Below are positions 63,622-64,000 of a DNA stretch of 64,000 nt, piece by piece. The DNA comes from Anaerolineales bacterium (GTDB taxonomy: Bacteria; Chloroflexota; Anaerolineae; Anaerolineales; Villigracilaceae). The notes beneath the pieces were generated by a model. The model searched no databases, was not told where the DNA came from, and saw only the letters and a program-made list of their open reading frames with translations. A program made the position numbers and the translations under genes. The stretch spans positions 130 through 64,129 of the forward strand of contig JBNKMO010000059.1 of the NCBI GenBank assembly GCA_050293165.1. Reading direction: 5' to 3'. How positions within the stretch are numbered: position 1 is the stretch's first letter; every line of letters starts with the position of its first letter.

Positions 63622-64000
63622 TCACACAATACGCATCACTTCATATTCCTTCGTAATCACAAAATCCGCCAACTGCCTGTGCCCGGCAATGATCTTGTGC
63701 TCAAGCTTTAACACATTCTCTATAAAAGGGTCGCCCACTTCGCTGCCACGATTACGCTTTTGGCGATGCGCCAACGTATCCAATCGATTCCGAGCAATAA
63801 ATACTCTGGTATCCACATTCTTCAACAAGGACGTATATGTCCCCTCGGCAACGACGACTTTTACGCCGGTCAGGTCGATGGTCTCATCTTCAATCGAATT
63901 GGCGTTGTAGTCGATCAACGGTTTCGTAATCTTATTCTTTCCAGCAATTGCATCTTTCAAGTTGCCCTCATAAATATCAAAACGTATTTCCACATGTGGG
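63622..64000 (-). CDS. Uridine-kinase/PRK-like P-loop kinase, N-terminus beyond the window end
   Basis: VVVAEGTYTSLL...DTRVFIARNRLDTLAHRQKRNRG resembles the C-terminal half of the uridine kinase family. No P-loop is present in the window, so the gene probably starts beyond nt 64000. Confidence 0.5.
   Translation of the reverse strand, partial: PHVEIRFDIYEGNLKDAIAGKNKITKPLIDYNANSIEDETIDLTGVKVVVAEGTYTSLLKNVDTRVFIARNRLDTLAHRQKRNRGSEVGDPFIENVLKLEHKIIAGHRQLADFVITKEYEVMRIV

Overview
This 64-kb window is a bacterial chromosomal segment. Gene content and architecture suggest a Chloroflexota (Anaerolineae-like) organism, but that is inference only. The hints are Pro/Thr-rich linkers with C-terminal TM anchors, a Bacillus-type QcrABC bc complex, an FHA/PP2C module and GT-C membrane proteins. 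Most of the window is housekeeping. It holds sdhCDAB divergent from qcrABC, then dnaN, def, recF, guaA, xpt, maf, a class-B PBP, rsgA, holB, a PGI/PMI isomerase, ftsK and a CobB-type sirtuin. It also holds two soluble GAF histidine kinases, a tungsten aldehyde:ferredoxin oxidoreductase with its radical-SAM maturase and a MoaD-like protein, and a sucrose-phosphorylase-family gene. I recognised no rRNA, tRNA, CRISPR array, transposase or integrase.

The best candidate for an unusual system is a visibly AT-rich two-gene cassette at 29174-31630 (minus strand), directly upstream of guaA. It encodes an ABC/AAA_21-type ATPase with an unassigned N-terminal domain of about 210 aa ahead of the Walker A motif. 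A 287-aa HNH nuclease follows after a 9-nt gap. This looks like a divergent Septu (PtuA/PtuB)-like anti-phage module.

Other notable items:
- A GxxExxY (PD-(D/E)XK) gene bracketed by about 51-bp inverted repeats built from CACAAAG heptamers.
- A one-gene insertion that duplicated the 3' end of an FAD oxidoreductase gene and left a stop-containing remnant.
- A 160-bp nested palindromic MITE-like element.
- An A9 homopolymer that separates two ORFs which would otherwise fuse.
- An ArsR-SdpI-SdpI-CPBP immunity-like operon with no toxin gene.
- A translationally coupled operon of a response regulator (with a degenerate ParA-like domain), a Sir2 protein and a GAF kinase.
- A pseudo-receiver that lacks the phospho-acceptor Asp.

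Several long ORFs in the supplied track are antisense shadows. Several real genes have shorter true N-termini than the track shows. One real gene (1-1419, minus strand) is missing from the track because it runs off the window edge.
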